64,000 nucleotides of DNA from a virus (lineage: Duplodnaviria; Caudoviricetes), in IMG/VR virus record IMGVR_UViG_3300036824_000037, positions 64,817 through 128,816 of that record; one strand, written 5' to 3'. Position numbers and translations under genes: made by a program. Below the pieces are notes generated by a model. The model did no database searches and was not told where the DNA came from. It saw only the letters and a list, made by a program, of their open reading frames with translations. Positions 17,500-27,130 of the stretch are shown one piece after another; positions within the stretch are counted from its first letter, which is position 1; the number at the start of each line of letters is the position of its first letter.

Positions 17500-17721
17500 A
17501 TGGAAGAAGACCTCGCCGCCCGCATGAAGCAGAGCGCCGCCCGATTCAGGCGCACCAAGAGCGCCTACGAGACCGCGCGCGCCGACCTGTACTCGCTGAT
17601 CTTCGACGCGGACGAGGAGGACTGTGGACCGTCCGAGATCGCTCGGGCCAGCGGCTTTACGCGCGAATGGGTGTCCAAGGTCATCGCCGCCGAGAAGAAG
17701 CGCCGAGGCATCGGGGACTGA
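17500..17721 (+). CDS. small HTH repressor (leaderless)
   Basis: GPSEIARASGFTREWVSKV HTH; CACAAT-N7-ATG. Confidence 0.8.
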   Translation: MEEDLAARMKQSAARFRRTKSAYETARADLYSLIFDADEEDCGPSEIARASGFTREWVSKVIAAEKKRRGIGD

Positions 17722-17726
17722 CCCGT

Positions 17727-17849
17727 TCACCGCACCCCCACCAGCCGCGCCACCTCGGCGATCAGCCACCCGACTGTGGCGAGCGTCGCGGGCAGCGCGA
17801 CCACGGTCACGACCGGCGGGACACGGCGGCGCCTGCGTCGAGTGGTCAC
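17727..17849 (-). CDS. small membrane peptide
   Basis: Arg run plus hydrophobic helix; GTGA coupling. Confidence 0.45.
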   Translation of the reverse strand: MTTRRRRRRVPPVVTVVALPATLATVGWLIAEVARLVGVR

Positions 17850-17950
17850 CGGCCACCCTTCCCAGCGTCGATGAACAGGTTGACCAGCCACGCGATCCCG
17901 GCGCCGCACGTGAGCGAGCAGGCGACGCGTATCAGCGCCCACCCGGTCAC
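17846..17950 (-). CDS. small membrane peptide
   Basis: VTGWALIRVACSLTCGAGIAWLVNLFIDAGKGGR, coupled at both ends. Confidence 0.45.
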   Translation of the reverse strand: MTGWALIRVACSLTCGAGIAWLVNLFIDAGKGGR

Positions 17951-18228
17951 CGGGGATCACCCATCTCGGCCCGGCCGCAGCGGCACGCGGCGCGCCCGTC
18001 GTCCGGGTCCCCGGCGAACCAGCCGGGCGGGATGTCGAGCCACGCGCAGATCAGCAGGAAATTCAGCGCGTCCGGGGTGTTGTGCCCGCACTCGACCCGG
18101 GCCAGGGTCGTGAACGGGACACCGGCCAGGGCGGCGGCATCGCGCAGGGTCAGTCCGCGGCGGCGCCGCTCCTGCCGGACCAGGCGGCCGAGCACCTTGA
18201 GGCACGTGGGTGCGACGGAGTCAGCCAT
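17947..18228 (-). CDS. XRE-family HTH regulator
   Basis: RRRRGLTLRDAAALAGVPFTTLARVECG. Confidence 0.85.
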   Translation of the reverse strand: MADSVAPTCLKVLGRLVRQERRRRGLTLRDAAALAGVPFTTLARVECGHNTPDALNFLLICAWLDIPPGWFAGDPDDGRAACRCGRAEMGDPR

Positions 18229-18534
18229 CGGACACCTCGAGGGCGTGGACGATCTGACTCAGGACGCGGCGCTCGCCGGTGTCCTCGTCGGCGAGCTGCG
18301 CGTGAAGGGCGGCGACGGCGGCCCGGACCCGCTCAAGCAGTGCCTCGGCGTTCTCGCGCTGCTCGGCCTCCCCGCGCCAGATGCGGGCCTGGTCGGTCTC
18401 GGTCTGCGCGCGTGCGACCGCGGCGTCCAGCGCCCGGGCGAGCGCCTGGGGGTGTCGGCGGGCAGGTTCGCGCGCACCCAGCGCAGTTCCGCGGCTAGGG
18501 TGCGGTGCGCCGGGGGCGCCTGGAGCTCGGTCAT
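18221..18534 (-). pseudogene. hypothetical protein frameshifted in a C5 run
   Basis: 314 bp; adding one C at ~18447 joins ADTP to QALARAL. Confidence 0.5.
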
Positions 18535-18716
18535 TTGCGCCTCGCCGGGATGCGGTGGCCGACATGGTGGTGCGACGGATCCGCGGGGCAGCGATACGCG
18601 ACGAGCACGACGGGCGACGCTCCCGCGGCGACCAGGGCGGCGAGGTGTCCGAGGGCGGCCTTCCGGGTGGCGTGCTTGATCTTGCCGGTGCAGGCGCGCG
18701 CCTTCGTCTTGATCAT
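18531..18716 (-). CDS. small Zn-binding phage protein
   Basis: CTGK..H....A...AYRC....HVGH. Confidence 0.65.
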   Translation of the reverse strand: MIKTKARACTGKIKHATRKAALGHLAALVAAGASPVVLVAYRCPADPSHHHVGHRIPARRK

Positions 18717-19087
18717 CGGCGCTCCCGGGCGGTGTCGCCGAGGGTTTTGAGCACGGCCCGGCCCGCGTCGCGCAGGGCTGCGTCCCGCCCGGATGGGGCC
18801 CGAAGCGCGGCCCACCGGGATGCGAGGGCCCGCACCGCGTCCACCTGCGCGCGTGCAGGGGCGTCGTCCCAGGCGGGGCCCAGCTTCTCGTAGCCGAGCG
18901 CCACCGCGTGCGCCCGGCTGGTCGCGCCGAGCCGGTCCAGGATGCGCCGCATGTGCGAGCGCACGGTGTGGCTGGACAGGAACAGTTTCTCGCCGATCGC
19001 GGCGTTGCTCAGGCCCTGCGCGGCCAGCGCGAGCACCTCGAGTTCGCGCCCGGTCAGGGCGCTGCCGGGCTGCGCGGGTTCGCTCAC
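18713..19087 (-). CDS. LuxR-type HTH regulator
   Basis: LTGRELEVLALAAQGLSNAAIGEKLFLSSHTVRSH. Confidence 0.9.
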   Translation of the reverse strand: MSEPAQPGSALTGRELEVLALAAQGLSNAAIGEKLFLSSHTVRSHMRRILDRLGATSRAHAVALGYEKLGPAWDDAPARAQVDAVRALASRWAALRAPSGRDAALRDAGRAVLKTLGDTARERR

Positions 19088-19653
19088 CGTGCACCCCCGA
19101 TGCGGGCGAGTTCCCGGGCGGCGGCCCAGTGGTCGTGCACGCCGAGCAGCTTGTACGCGGCGCCGGCGTCGTGGCGCACGGTGGCCACGGTCAGGCCCAG
19201 GGCGCGCCCGACCTGCCGCTGGGTGTCGCCGGCGAGCATCCCGAGCAGGATCCGGTGCTGGCGTTCGGTCAGCGGGCCGCGGGGCAGGTGCGCGAAATCC
19301 GGCGGGGCGTCGTCGCGCGGGCGGATCCAGCCCTGGCGCACCGCGGCCATCACGACCTCGGGGACCGCGATCGGGGCGGTGGGGTCCGGCAGTTCCGACG
19401 CGGGGAGGCTACGGAGGTCCGTGGAGGCGCCAGGAGCCACGCTGACGGCTTGCGGGGTGGTTTCGCGCAATCGGAGACGCTGCGGCGCCCCAGCGCCCCC
19501 CTGCGGGGCTGTGCGCGGCTCGGCGACGGGCCGGGGATGCCCCGTGGCGGTTCGGTAGGAGGCGCCAGGGTCGCGAACGGGCGCCGGGGGTTCCGGGACC
19601 CCCGCGGGTGCCTGCCGGACGCTCAGGGGCGCTGTGAGGCCGCGGGGGTTCAC
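19084..19653 (-). CDS. protein with C-terminal LuxR-type HTH
   Basis: LTERQHRILLGMLAGDTQRQVGRALGLTVATVRH. Confidence 0.7.
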   Translation of the reverse strand: MNPRGLTAPLSVRQAPAGVPEPPAPVRDPGASYRTATGHPRPVAEPRTAPQGGAGAPQRLRLRETTPQAVSVAPGASTDLRSLPASELPDPTAPIAVPEVVMAAVRQGWIRPRDDAPPDFAHLPRGPLTERQHRILLGMLAGDTQRQVGRALGLTVATVRHDAGAAYKLLGVHDHWAAARELARIGGAR

Positions 19654-20123
19654 GCCTCGCCTCCCGTCATGTCGCTCGGCACGGTGTCCGGGACCTCGAC
19701 CGCCACGTCCAGCGCCGCACTCGGCGAGACGGTCAGCGAGTCCGAGCGGTCCGTGTCCAGGTCCACGACCAGGAACGTGATCGTGTCGGTGGCACGGCCG
19801 AACATGCCGGGCAAGTCCCCTTCGCGCTTGTCGGTCACCCGCAGTGCCCGTCGCCCGGGTTCGCCGCTGAGGTACCGGCCGTCGACCGCGATCAGGGCGC
19901 CGTTGTTCACGTCGGACGCGAACGCGGCCTGCCAGGTGCGGGACTCGACAGCGGGCGCGTCGGGGGCGGCCCGCCGGTCGTGGACGTCGCCGCACGCGCA
20001 GGGAACGCCCTGCCCGTCGCCGGCCGGTTCGCGTCCGTTGGCGGCGAGGGCGTCGCGCACCTCGGCGGCGAAGTCGGACAGGGCGTCGAAACCGGCGATG
20101 AGGATCTTGTTGCGCAGGTTCAT
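19650..20123 (-). CDS. hypothetical protein
   Basis: AAGGAG RBS, high GC3. Confidence 0.65.
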   Translation of the reverse strand: MNLRNKILIAGFDALSDFAAEVRDALAANGREPAGDGQGVPCACGDVHDRRAAPDAPAVESRTWQAAFASDVNNGALIAVDGRYLSGEPGRRALRVTDKREGDLPGMFGRATDTITFLVVDLDTDRSDSLTVSPSAALDVAVEVPDTVPSDMTGGEA

Positions 20124-20147
20124 CGGTTCTCCTTCGGTGGTCGGTGG

Positions 20148-20519
20148 TCACGCTGCCGCGGAGTCGGCGCGGGCTTTCGCCTTGGCTTTGAGCGCCCGGC
20201 GCCGCAGCGTGCGGCGCTCCTTGGAGTCCAGGCCCCCGACGACGCCGTCCGCGGGGCCGGATTCCAGGGCCCACGCCCGGCAGGGGCCGATCACGGCGCA
20301 GCGGGCGCAGATCGCCTTGGCCTGCGCGGTGAGATCGGGCTGCGAGGGCGGGGCGAAGAACAGCTCAGGGTCGGCGCCGCGGCAGGCCCCGTCGCCTCGC
20401 CACGACTGCGGGCCGGGCGCTGTGGCCGGGGGTGTGCCCGTGGGCGGTTTCGCCTGCCGGCGGCCCGGCCCGGCGGACTCCATGTGCCCGACCGGGCGGG
20501 CGGTCGTACGTGAGCGCAT
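20148..20519 (-). CDS. whiB: WhiB-family Fe-S transcription factor
   Basis: ACRGADPELFF...AKAICARCAVIGPC...GVVGG. Confidence 0.92.
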   Translation of the reverse strand: MRSRTTARPVGHMESAGPGRRQAKPPTGTPPATAPGPQSWRGDGACRGADPELFFAPPSQPDLTAQAKAICARCAVIGPCRAWALESGPADGVVGGLDSKERRTLRRRALKAKAKARADSAAA

Positions 20520-20520
20520 C

Positions 20521-21024
20521 TCAGGTCTCCTTCGGGGCGTCGATGTCGGCGTCCGCCACCCCGGCCAGGGCGTGGGCGAGCATGTCGGCGGCGGCCGAGA
20601 GCGCGCCCGCCCGGCTCATCTCGGCGACGGTGGCGAGCGAGCGGATCTCGCCCTGCGCGAACTCGACGCGCTCGACGACCGCCGCGAGCCGCTCGGCGCG
20701 GTGCCGTTCGCGTTCCCAGTCCTCCACGCTCGGCGCCGCGTCACCGCGACCGCACTCGGGGCAGTAGCCGCGCGAGATCTCCTTGAGCGCGGCGAGTTCC
20801 GCGGTGATCCGGTCGCGCTCCTGGTCGGACTCGGCCAGCCGGTCATGCCACCGCAGCCGCTCGACGAGCAGCGCGTGAAGAGCCTGGGCGGTGAGCGGGT
20901 ACGCCTTGTCCGCCCATACCCGCTCGATCAGGTCGACCGGCGGCCACGCCGCGAGGAAAGCAGCGATCTGCTCGGCGGCCTCCAGCGGATCCATCGGGTC
21001 GGGCGTCGGGTCGGTGGCATTCAC
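20521..21024 (-). CDS. hypothetical protein (coiled coil, CPEC)
   Basis: Coupled ORF. Confidence 0.6.
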   Translation of the reverse strand: MNATDPTPDPMDPLEAAEQIAAFLAAWPPVDLIERVWADKAYPLTAQALHALLVERLRWHDRLAESDQERDRITAELAALKEISRGYCPECGRGDAAPSVEDWERERHRAERLAAVVERVEFAQGEIRSLATVAEMSRAGALSAAADMLAHALAGVADADIDAPKET

Positions 21025-21395
21025 CGGGCGCCCCCTGCCGGCTCGGGCCGTGCCTGAAGGTCCGCCTCGGTGGCGTCGAACCACTTCGTGACCGACACCT
21101 CGCGCGGCACCACCCGCACGCAGACGATGTGCTGCGCGTCGGCGTACCGCTCCCACCAGTCGTTCTCCTGGTGCTCGGTCGCCGGGTCGGCGCGCAGCAG
21201 CGACCAGGTCGTGCCGTCCGCCGGATCGCGGAAGATCACGCGGTAGACGGTGCACCAGCGGTGGTGGGAGTACTCCTCCTCGTCGATGTACGCGCCGTCG
21301 GGGCCGTGGCTCGGGTGGGGCAGCAGCATGGCGTCAAGCTGATCCGCGGTGAAGGTGCGGGTCAGGGCGGTGTCAGGCTGGCCGGTGCTGGTCAA
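21021..21395 (-). CDS. hypothetical phage protein
   Basis: RW...VIF...ATEHQE motif. Confidence 0.65.
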   Translation of the reverse strand: MTSTGQPDTALTRTFTADQLDAMLLPHPSHGPDGAYIDEEEYSHHRWCTVYRVIFRDPADGTTWSLLRADPATEHQENDWWERYADAQHIVCVRVVPREVSVTKWFDATEADLQARPEPAGGAR

Positions 21396-21676
21396 GGTCG
21401 TTTCCCTTCGGGTCGGGTGGATGCGTGCCGCGGCCGGTAGCCGCGTTTGTCGGTGGCTTTGAGCGCCAGTTCGAGGCGCTGGTACCGCTCGGCGGTCACC
21501 GTGGGGGTGTCGCCGTAGCGGGCGGCGTACTCGTCGGCGAGCGCCTGCAAGCACGCGGTGCGCTGCGCGGGGGTCAGGTCCGCGAGCGGGTCGGCGAGGC
21601 GCGCGGGGGTGCGCCGGGCGGGGTCGTTCAGCGGCACGGCCCGCTCCGGGTGGGTGCGGATGGTCGCGGCGGTCAT
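21392..21676 (-). CDS. hypothetical protein
   Basis: Coupled ORF. Confidence 0.55.
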   Translation of the reverse strand: MTAATIRTHPERAVPLNDPARRTPARLADPLADLTPAQRTACLQALADEYAARYGDTPTVTAERYQRLELALKATDKRGYRPRHASTRPEGKRP

Positions 21677-22527
21677 GCGGCGTAACCCAGGCCCAGGTCG
21701 AGGACACCCTGCGCACCCAACGGACGGTTCGACCACAGCACCTCGACCCGGGACCGTTTGCCGTCGGCGCCGTTGCCCGTGGTCGTGGACAACCGCTCGC
21801 AGTGCCAGCCCCCGTACAGCTCGTCGTAGAGCGGCGACGTGTAGCCGGACAGCACCACCGCGGCCTTGCAGGCGCCCAACGCCCCGGCCAACTCGCGGTG
21901 ACCCGCTTCGCTCGCCATCTCCAGGCCGTAGCGATTCGGGCCGGACCGCGTGGTGCCGAGATACGGCGGATCGACGTACAGCAGCACGTCACGGTGCGCG
22001 CCGTACTTCGCGATCAGGTCCAGCGCAGGCAGGCACTCGAGCGTGACGGTCCGCAGCCGCTCGGCGCAGGGCGCGATCAGGTCGACGGCGCGGTCGATGG
22101 TTGTGGCGACGGGGTGCTGGCCCCCTCCGGTTGAGGCGCGCCCGATCGCATGCCGCCAGCCCTCGTGTCCGTCGAAACGCCGCCCGCGGCCCTGGTGCAG
22201 GATCACCCAGGCCAGGCGTGCGCGCTCCAGGCCGGGCAGCGATTCGTCACCGATTCTGGCGAGCGCGTCGCTGTATTCGGCGCGGGAGTGCGGCGTCATC
22301 TCGCAGGCGCGGACCAGGTCTCCGGTGGCATCGCGCAGCACCCGCCAGAAGTTCACCAGCCGGCCGTCGAGGTCGTTGACGGTCTCCTGCGGGGACGGCG
22401 GTTTCGCGAGAAGCACCGCAAGTGAGCCACAGAACGGCTCCACGTAGTGCTGGTGCGCGGGGAGCATGCTCACAATCCACGGCGCCGTGGTGGTCTTTCC
22501 GCCGAAGTACGGGATCGCGGACTTCAT
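21673..22527 (-). CDS. dam: DNA adenine methyltransferase (D12/Dam class)
   Basis: PYFGGK, YVEPFCGS, VNDLD, YVDPPY. Confidence 0.92.
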   Translation of the reverse strand: MKSAIPYFGGKTTTAPWIVSMLPAHQHYVEPFCGSLAVLLAKPPSPQETVNDLDGRLVNFWRVLRDATGDLVRACEMTPHSRAEYSDALARIGDESLPGLERARLAWVILHQGRGRRFDGHEGWRHAIGRASTGGGQHPVATTIDRAVDLIAPCAERLRTVTLECLPALDLIAKYGAHRDVLLYVDPPYLGTTRSGPNRYGLEMASEAGHRELAGALGACKAAVVLSGYTSPLYDELYGGWHCERLSTTTGNGADGKRSRVEVLWSNRPLGAQGVLDLGLGYAA

Positions 22528-22826
22528 GCCGCCACCTGCTCGCGCCCGCCGCGACAGCCCGGGCACAGCGGGTTGCCGCCGACGCCGTACCTGCGGCACC
22601 TCGTCGAGCAGGAGGCGCACGGACCCCACTCGGCGCCCTTCATCGCGGCATCGGACGGGGCCTGGGTCCGGACCGGGCGGGGGATGCGCGGCGGCACCAC
22701 GGGCTCGGGCAGGCCCGCGAGCGCGGACGGGGTACAGGAGCGGCACCGCAGGCCGACCAGGAACAGGCGCACCTCGTCCGTGCTGCCGCAACGCGACAAG
22801 GCGCAACGGGGCGACGTGGCGGTCAC
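22524..22826 (-). CDS. Zn-finger hypothetical protein
   Basis: Multiple CxxC motifs; RYG.GGNPLC. Confidence 0.65.
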   Translation of the reverse strand: MTATSPRCALSRCGSTDEVRLFLVGLRCRSCTPSALAGLPEPVVPPRIPRPVRTQAPSDAAMKGAEWGPCASCSTRCRRYGVGGNPLCPGCRGGREQVAA

Positions 22827-24583
22827 GCGGCACCGCCTAAGCCGAACAGCGACGGCTGGATCGGCTTGCTCAGCCTCAGCTTGGCGAGTTCCGCCGCAAC
22901 CGGGTCCCGGTCGATCAGGACGCACCGGAACCCCTCCACGATCGCCGCCTCGCCCGTGGCGCCCGTCCCGCAGAAGGGGTCCAAGATCACCCCGCCCGGT
23001 GGGGTCACGAGCCTGACCAGCCATCTCATGAGATCCACGGGCTTGACCGTCGGCCATGCCGTGCCGTCCGCGAGCCGGGGACGCTCGGACGCCGCGGCCT
23101 TCGGCTCGAACTTGAAGACCGGGTAGAACCTCGAAGCGCCGCCCTCATCGTCGTGGCCGCGAATCGTGTTCGGGCCGGTCGGGCCGTTGTAGACCGCCCC
23201 GCGCCGTTCCCCGCGCCGCGATGCCGCACTGGTCGTTACCCCCGACTGCCGGTCCATCTCCGCGACCGGACAGCCCGGGGTGCACCGGAACACGGGCACG
23301 ACCTCCGGTCCGTGCAGCGGCCCGTTCGGTCGCTGATCGCCCGAGTCCGCGCCCACATCGGCGAAACCGCCCGGCCGACTGCCGCGCTCCTGCCCGCTGC
23401 GCGAGTCGCCCCGCAGCGCGCGCGCACCCACCTGCTCGCACTCCGGGGAGTGCGTCAGCAGCAGGTTCGTCGGCCAGCGGCCCAGGTCGTGCGCAGAGTC
23501 CTCACGGATCCCGGTCCACTCGCCGAGGGTGTCGCCGTTGCGCGGCGAATCGATCCCGACCACGGACGCGCACTTGTCGCGGTACTCCGACCCGGCGCGG
23601 GTCCGGCAGGCATCCACGTTCAGGGCGCCCGTGCCGTGCTCGAGGACGTTCGCGACGGTGGCGTTGAACCCGGTCCGCTTGCGCGCCACGATGATCGGCT
23701 CGTGCGCCGGCTTCAGCTGGGTGTTCCAGCCGGTCCAGGACTTCGCCTCGTCCGTCGCCGGGGTGGTGATCGGGTACTCGCCGGCGCTGAGCCCCGCGAT
23801 CTGCACCGGCGACTCGCGCCGCACCCGGAAGCCTTGGCCGACGACCTCGCGGCGGGCGAAGTCCTCGCCGATCTCGCCCTTGCGCCCGTTGAGCTCCTCG
23901 ACGAGCGGCAGGACCTCCGCGTCGTCGAACCCGAGCGCGTCGCGCAGCACCGCCCACTGCTCCAGCGTCGGCACGACCGCGGCCTTGCCGGCGATCGCGC
24001 ACCAGTGGCTGGCCATCCCGTTGAACCCGAACAGCGCGTCGATGCGGGCCGTGGTCCAACCGCCAGTGTCGCGGGCATCCCGCAGCCACGCCGTGACCCG
24101 CAGTACGCCCTCGCGGTCGTCGCGGTGGCGGTCGATCGCCTTGCCGATGTCCTGGCCTTTCGGCATCCCCTGGCCGTACGCCCACACGAGCGCAGGGCCG
24201 ATGGAGGAGATCTCGTCTCGGATCTCGAACCCGGCGATCCGGATCGACAGGCCCATCAGGTCGTAGGTGCGCGGCGCGGCGAAGCACAGCAGGTGGCCGC
24301 CGGGCTTGAGCACCCGGTGGCACTCGTCCCACACGCCGGGTGGGGGCACGAAGCTGTCCCACGATTTCGACATGAACCCCTTACCGTCGGGGACGTGGGT
24401 GCGGTCCCCGGCCATCCACGCGGCGATGGCCTGCAGCACGGTGGCGGTGGACAGCTCGGCCAGGCCGTACGGCGGGTCGCAGATCACCGCGTCGATCGAC
24501 TCGTCCGCGAGTGTGGGCAGCACGTCGAGGCTGTCGCCGAGGTGCAGCACGCAGCCGTCGCCGTCGTCGAAGTACGGCTTCAC
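22823..24583 (-). CDS. N6/N4 (beta-class) DNA methyltransferase with inserted HTH
   Basis: DPPY near the N-terminus, TVKP..LMRWL, LDPFCGTG near the C-terminus. Confidence 0.92.
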   Translation of the reverse strand: MKPYFDDGDGCVLHLGDSLDVLPTLADESIDAVICDPPYGLAELSTATVLQAIAAWMAGDRTHVPDGKGFMSKSWDSFVPPPGVWDECHRVLKPGGHLLCFAAPRTYDLMGLSIRIAGFEIRDEISSIGPALVWAYGQGMPKGQDIGKAIDRHRDDREGVLRVTAWLRDARDTGGWTTARIDALFGFNGMASHWCAIAGKAAVVPTLEQWAVLRDALGFDDAEVLPLVEELNGRKGEIGEDFARREVVGQGFRVRRESPVQIAGLSAGEYPITTPATDEAKSWTGWNTQLKPAHEPIIVARKRTGFNATVANVLEHGTGALNVDACRTRAGSEYRDKCASVVGIDSPRNGDTLGEWTGIREDSAHDLGRWPTNLLLTHSPECEQVGARALRGDSRSGQERGSRPGGFADVGADSGDQRPNGPLHGPEVVPVFRCTPGCPVAEMDRQSGVTTSAASRRGERRGAVYNGPTGPNTIRGHDDEGGASRFYPVFKFEPKAAASERPRLADGTAWPTVKPVDLMRWLVRLVTPPGGVILDPFCGTGATGEAAIVEGFRCVLIDRDPVAAELAKLRLSKPIQPSLFGLGGAA

Positions 24584-25005
24584 GTCGCGCTCCCCGCCGC
24601 GTCGCCCGCGTTCCCGGCCGAACCGGCGTGCGGGTCGCCCTGCGCGGCGGCGTAGGCGTTCTCCAGCTCGACGTAGATCCCGGTGACGTCCTCGTTGAGT
24701 TCGCAGAGGTCCTGCGCCCAGCGTTCGTCGTCCGGGGGCGGCGCCTCGTTCGCGTCGAAGTGCAGCAGCCCCGAGACCTTGCCCTGGATCTGCTCGACGC
24801 CGACCATCAGCCGGTCCGCGAGCAGCGACGCGGCCAGGACCTGACGCAGGTCGCCGAAGGTGGCGCTGTACCCGGCGATGTCGAAGATCGGTGTGTCGTC
24901 GCCGATCTCGCCGTCCTGCGCGGCCTGGTCGATCAGGTCCTGGATCCGGTGGGCGGCGGTGTCCGCGCCGCCCGTTGTCGTGTCCTTCATGTTCTGGGTG
25001 GTCAT
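24580..25005 (-). CDS. hypothetical protein
   Basis: GGAGG RBS. Confidence 0.65.
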   Translation of the reverse strand: MTTQNMKDTTTGGADTAAHRIQDLIDQAAQDGEIGDDTPIFDIAGYSATFGDLRQVLAASLLADRLMVGVEQIQGKVSGLLHFDANEAPPPDDERWAQDLCELNEDVTGIYVELENAYAAAQGDPHAGSAGNAGDAAGSAT

Positions 25006-25115
25006 GTGGCGGTTCCTCCACGGCTCGGGTGGCTCAAAGGCGGTCGTGCGGCGCGCTGCGGGCGTTCCGGAGGGCTCGCAGGCGGCGGGTGGTGCCGGAC
25101 GGCTGCGCGGCGCGG

Positions 25116-25613
25116 TCACGGGGCGGCGCCGTCGGTCGGGTCCGGGTCGGGCAGGTACATGGCGCTGATCGCGGCGAGTCCGTCGGTGAGGGTGCGCAGG
25201 TATGCGTTGGCGTCGGCCTCCGCGCCGCGGTCGCGCTGCGGCCACCGGCCACTGCGTCCGACGATGGCCCAGTACGCGGTGTCGAGGCGCCGCAGGTCGG
25301 CCAGCGCCGTGAACGCTGCCGGGTCGATGCGTTGGGCGCAGGTGTCGCAGACGGTGGCGACGTGGTCGGCGGCGAGGGCGAACACGAGGGTGTTCAGTTC
25401 CTCGGGGATGGGCTGGTGGCAGGTGGCGCAGGGGGAGGTGAACGGGCGCGCCGCGATCCGGAGCGCGGGGTCGCCGGGGAACTCCCGCTCGCACACGGCG
25501 TCGTCGTGGAAACCGCAGTCGGGGCAGTGGTGTCCGTGCGGTGTGCAGACCAGGGGCTGGGTGCAGGTGGGGCAGCGGCCCCGGGTCGGGTTCGCGGTCT
25601 GGGTGGCGGTCAT
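25116..25613 (-). CDS. multi-Zn-finger hypothetical protein
   Basis: Four CxxC pairs; AAGGAG RBS. Confidence 0.7.
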   Translation of the reverse strand: MTATQTANPTRGRCPTCTQPLVCTPHGHHCPDCGFHDDAVCEREFPGDPALRIAARPFTSPCATCHQPIPEELNTLVFALAADHVATVCDTCAQRIDPAAFTALADLRRLDTAYWAIVGRSGRWPQRDRGAEADANAYLRTLTDGLAAISAMYLPDPDPTDGAAP

Positions 25614-25702
25614 GGTGTGGCTCCTTCCGGGGCCGGAGGGGTTGCGGGGTTCGGGGTGGTTCCGGATGGCTTGCGCCGTCAGCGAGTGCGGCGTGCTGGA
25701 GA

Positions 25703-27130
25703 TCACCGGGCATCCCCCGCGGCGCTCGACGGGGTCCATGAGTTGGGGGCCTTGTCGACCATGCGTCCGTAGTGGCCCTGGAACAGGGCTTCGGCGGTGA
25801 ACGGGGCGCCGCTGCGCTGCTTCTCGACGATGACCTCGATCAGCCCGGCCTTGTTCTCCTCGCCGTACAGCTCGGGCCGGTGCAGCAGGAGCACGTTGTC
25901 GGCGTCCTGCTCCAGTGAGCCGGACTCGCGCAGGTCGGACTTGGTGGGCCGCTTGTCGGAGCGCTTCTCGGACTCCCGGTTGAGCTGGGCGAGGGCGACG
26001 ATCGGGATGTCGAACTCGCCCGCCATGATCTTCAGTCCGCGGGAGAGCGCGGCGACGGACTGCTCGCGGTTCTGCTCCCGGGGCGGGGTGACCAGTTGCA
26101 GGTAGTCCACGATCAGCAGGTCGCAGCCGGGTCCGCGGCGCAGGGTGCGCACGAGGTTGCGCAGGTAGCTCAGGTCGAGTTGGCGCGTGTCGTCGATGCG
26201 CAGCGGCGCCTCGGTGATCCGGTCCACGACGGAGGCGATGCGCGCCCAGTCGCCTTCGTCGAGCCGGTCGTCGTCGATGCGGCCCATGTCGACGCGGGCC
26301 TCGGAGCACACGAGCCGGTCCATGACCTCGTCGCCGGTCATCTCGAGCGACGCGAGCAGGACCGGGTGGCCCATGCGCATGGCGGTGGCGCGGGCGATGC
26401 ACAGGCCCAGGACGCTTTTGCCGGTTCCGGGGCGCCCCGCGATGAGGGTGACCTGGCCGGGCTTGAAGCCGCGGAACCGGTCGTCGAGGTCGCGCAGCCC
26501 GAAGCAGCCCATGGAGGGCTTGACCTCGCGGGGCTTCTCGAACCGGTCGAGGGTGCGCGGCAGGCGGTCGCCGGCGGACGGCGGCATGTCGCTGGGGTTG
26601 TCGGCCTCGGCCTCGTCGAGCAGCACGCGGGCGCGGGCGAGCGCGGCGGGGATGTCGTCGCGGGTGATGGTGCGGGCGAGGCCGACGAGGTTGTGGCCGA
26701 TGCGGCCGACGGCGCGCAGCTTGGCGCACTGGCGGATGACGGCCGCGTGCGAGGGTGCGGCGTCGGGGATCGGGATGTTCTCGCAGAGCCCGTACACGTA
26801 GGCCGCGGGGATGGCGCCGAGCCGTCCGCGCTCGCGCAGTTCGCTGATCACGCTGAGCGGGTCGGTGAACCGGCTGTCGCGGCGCAGTTCGAGGATGATC
26901 TGGGCGACCTCTTCGAGCTTCGCGTCGGCGAAGTGCTCGGGGCGCACCTGCTGGAAGACGTCGTCGATGATCCGGGGTGCGGTGAGCATGGAGCCGACGA
27001 CGATGCGCTCGGCGTCCTGGTCGCGGGCTCCGGTGGCGCCGCCGTCGAGGTGCGCCCAGGGGTCGTTCTCCATGGGGGCGATCTGGACGTTGTCGTAGCC
27101 GCCGCCCCAGTCGACGTCGGTGGTGGTCAC
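25703..27130 (-). CDS. dnaB: replicative DNA helicase DnaB
   Basis: AGRPGTGKS, SLEM, VDYLQL, AQLNR, DLRESGSLEQDAD. Confidence 0.95.
   Translation of the reverse strand: MTTTDVDWGGGYDNVQIAPMENDPWAHLDGGATGARDQDAERIVVGSMLTAPRIIDDVFQQVRPEHFADAKLEEVAQIILELRRDSRFTDPLSVISELRERGRLGAIPAAYVYGLCENIPIPDAAPSHAAVIRQCAKLRAVGRIGHNLVGLARTITRDDIPAALARARVLLDEAEADNPSDMPPSAGDRLPRTLDRFEKPREVKPSMGCFGLRDLDDRFRGFKPGQVTLIAGRPGTGKSVLGLCIARATAMRMGHPVLLASLEMTGDEVMDRLVCSEARVDMGRIDDDRLDEGDWARIASVVDRITEAPLRIDDTRQLDLSYLRNLVRTLRRGPGCDLLIVDYLQLVTPPREQNREQSVAALSRGLKIMAGEFDIPIVALAQLNRESEKRSDKRPTKSDLRESGSLEQDADNVLLLHRPELYGEENKAGLIEVIVEKQRSGAPFTAEALFQGHYGRMVDKAPNSWTPSSAAGDAR

Noticed and set aside
21673-24583. Restriction-modification system
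   Set aside because: No cognate endonuclease is adjacent; orphan MTases are common in phages.
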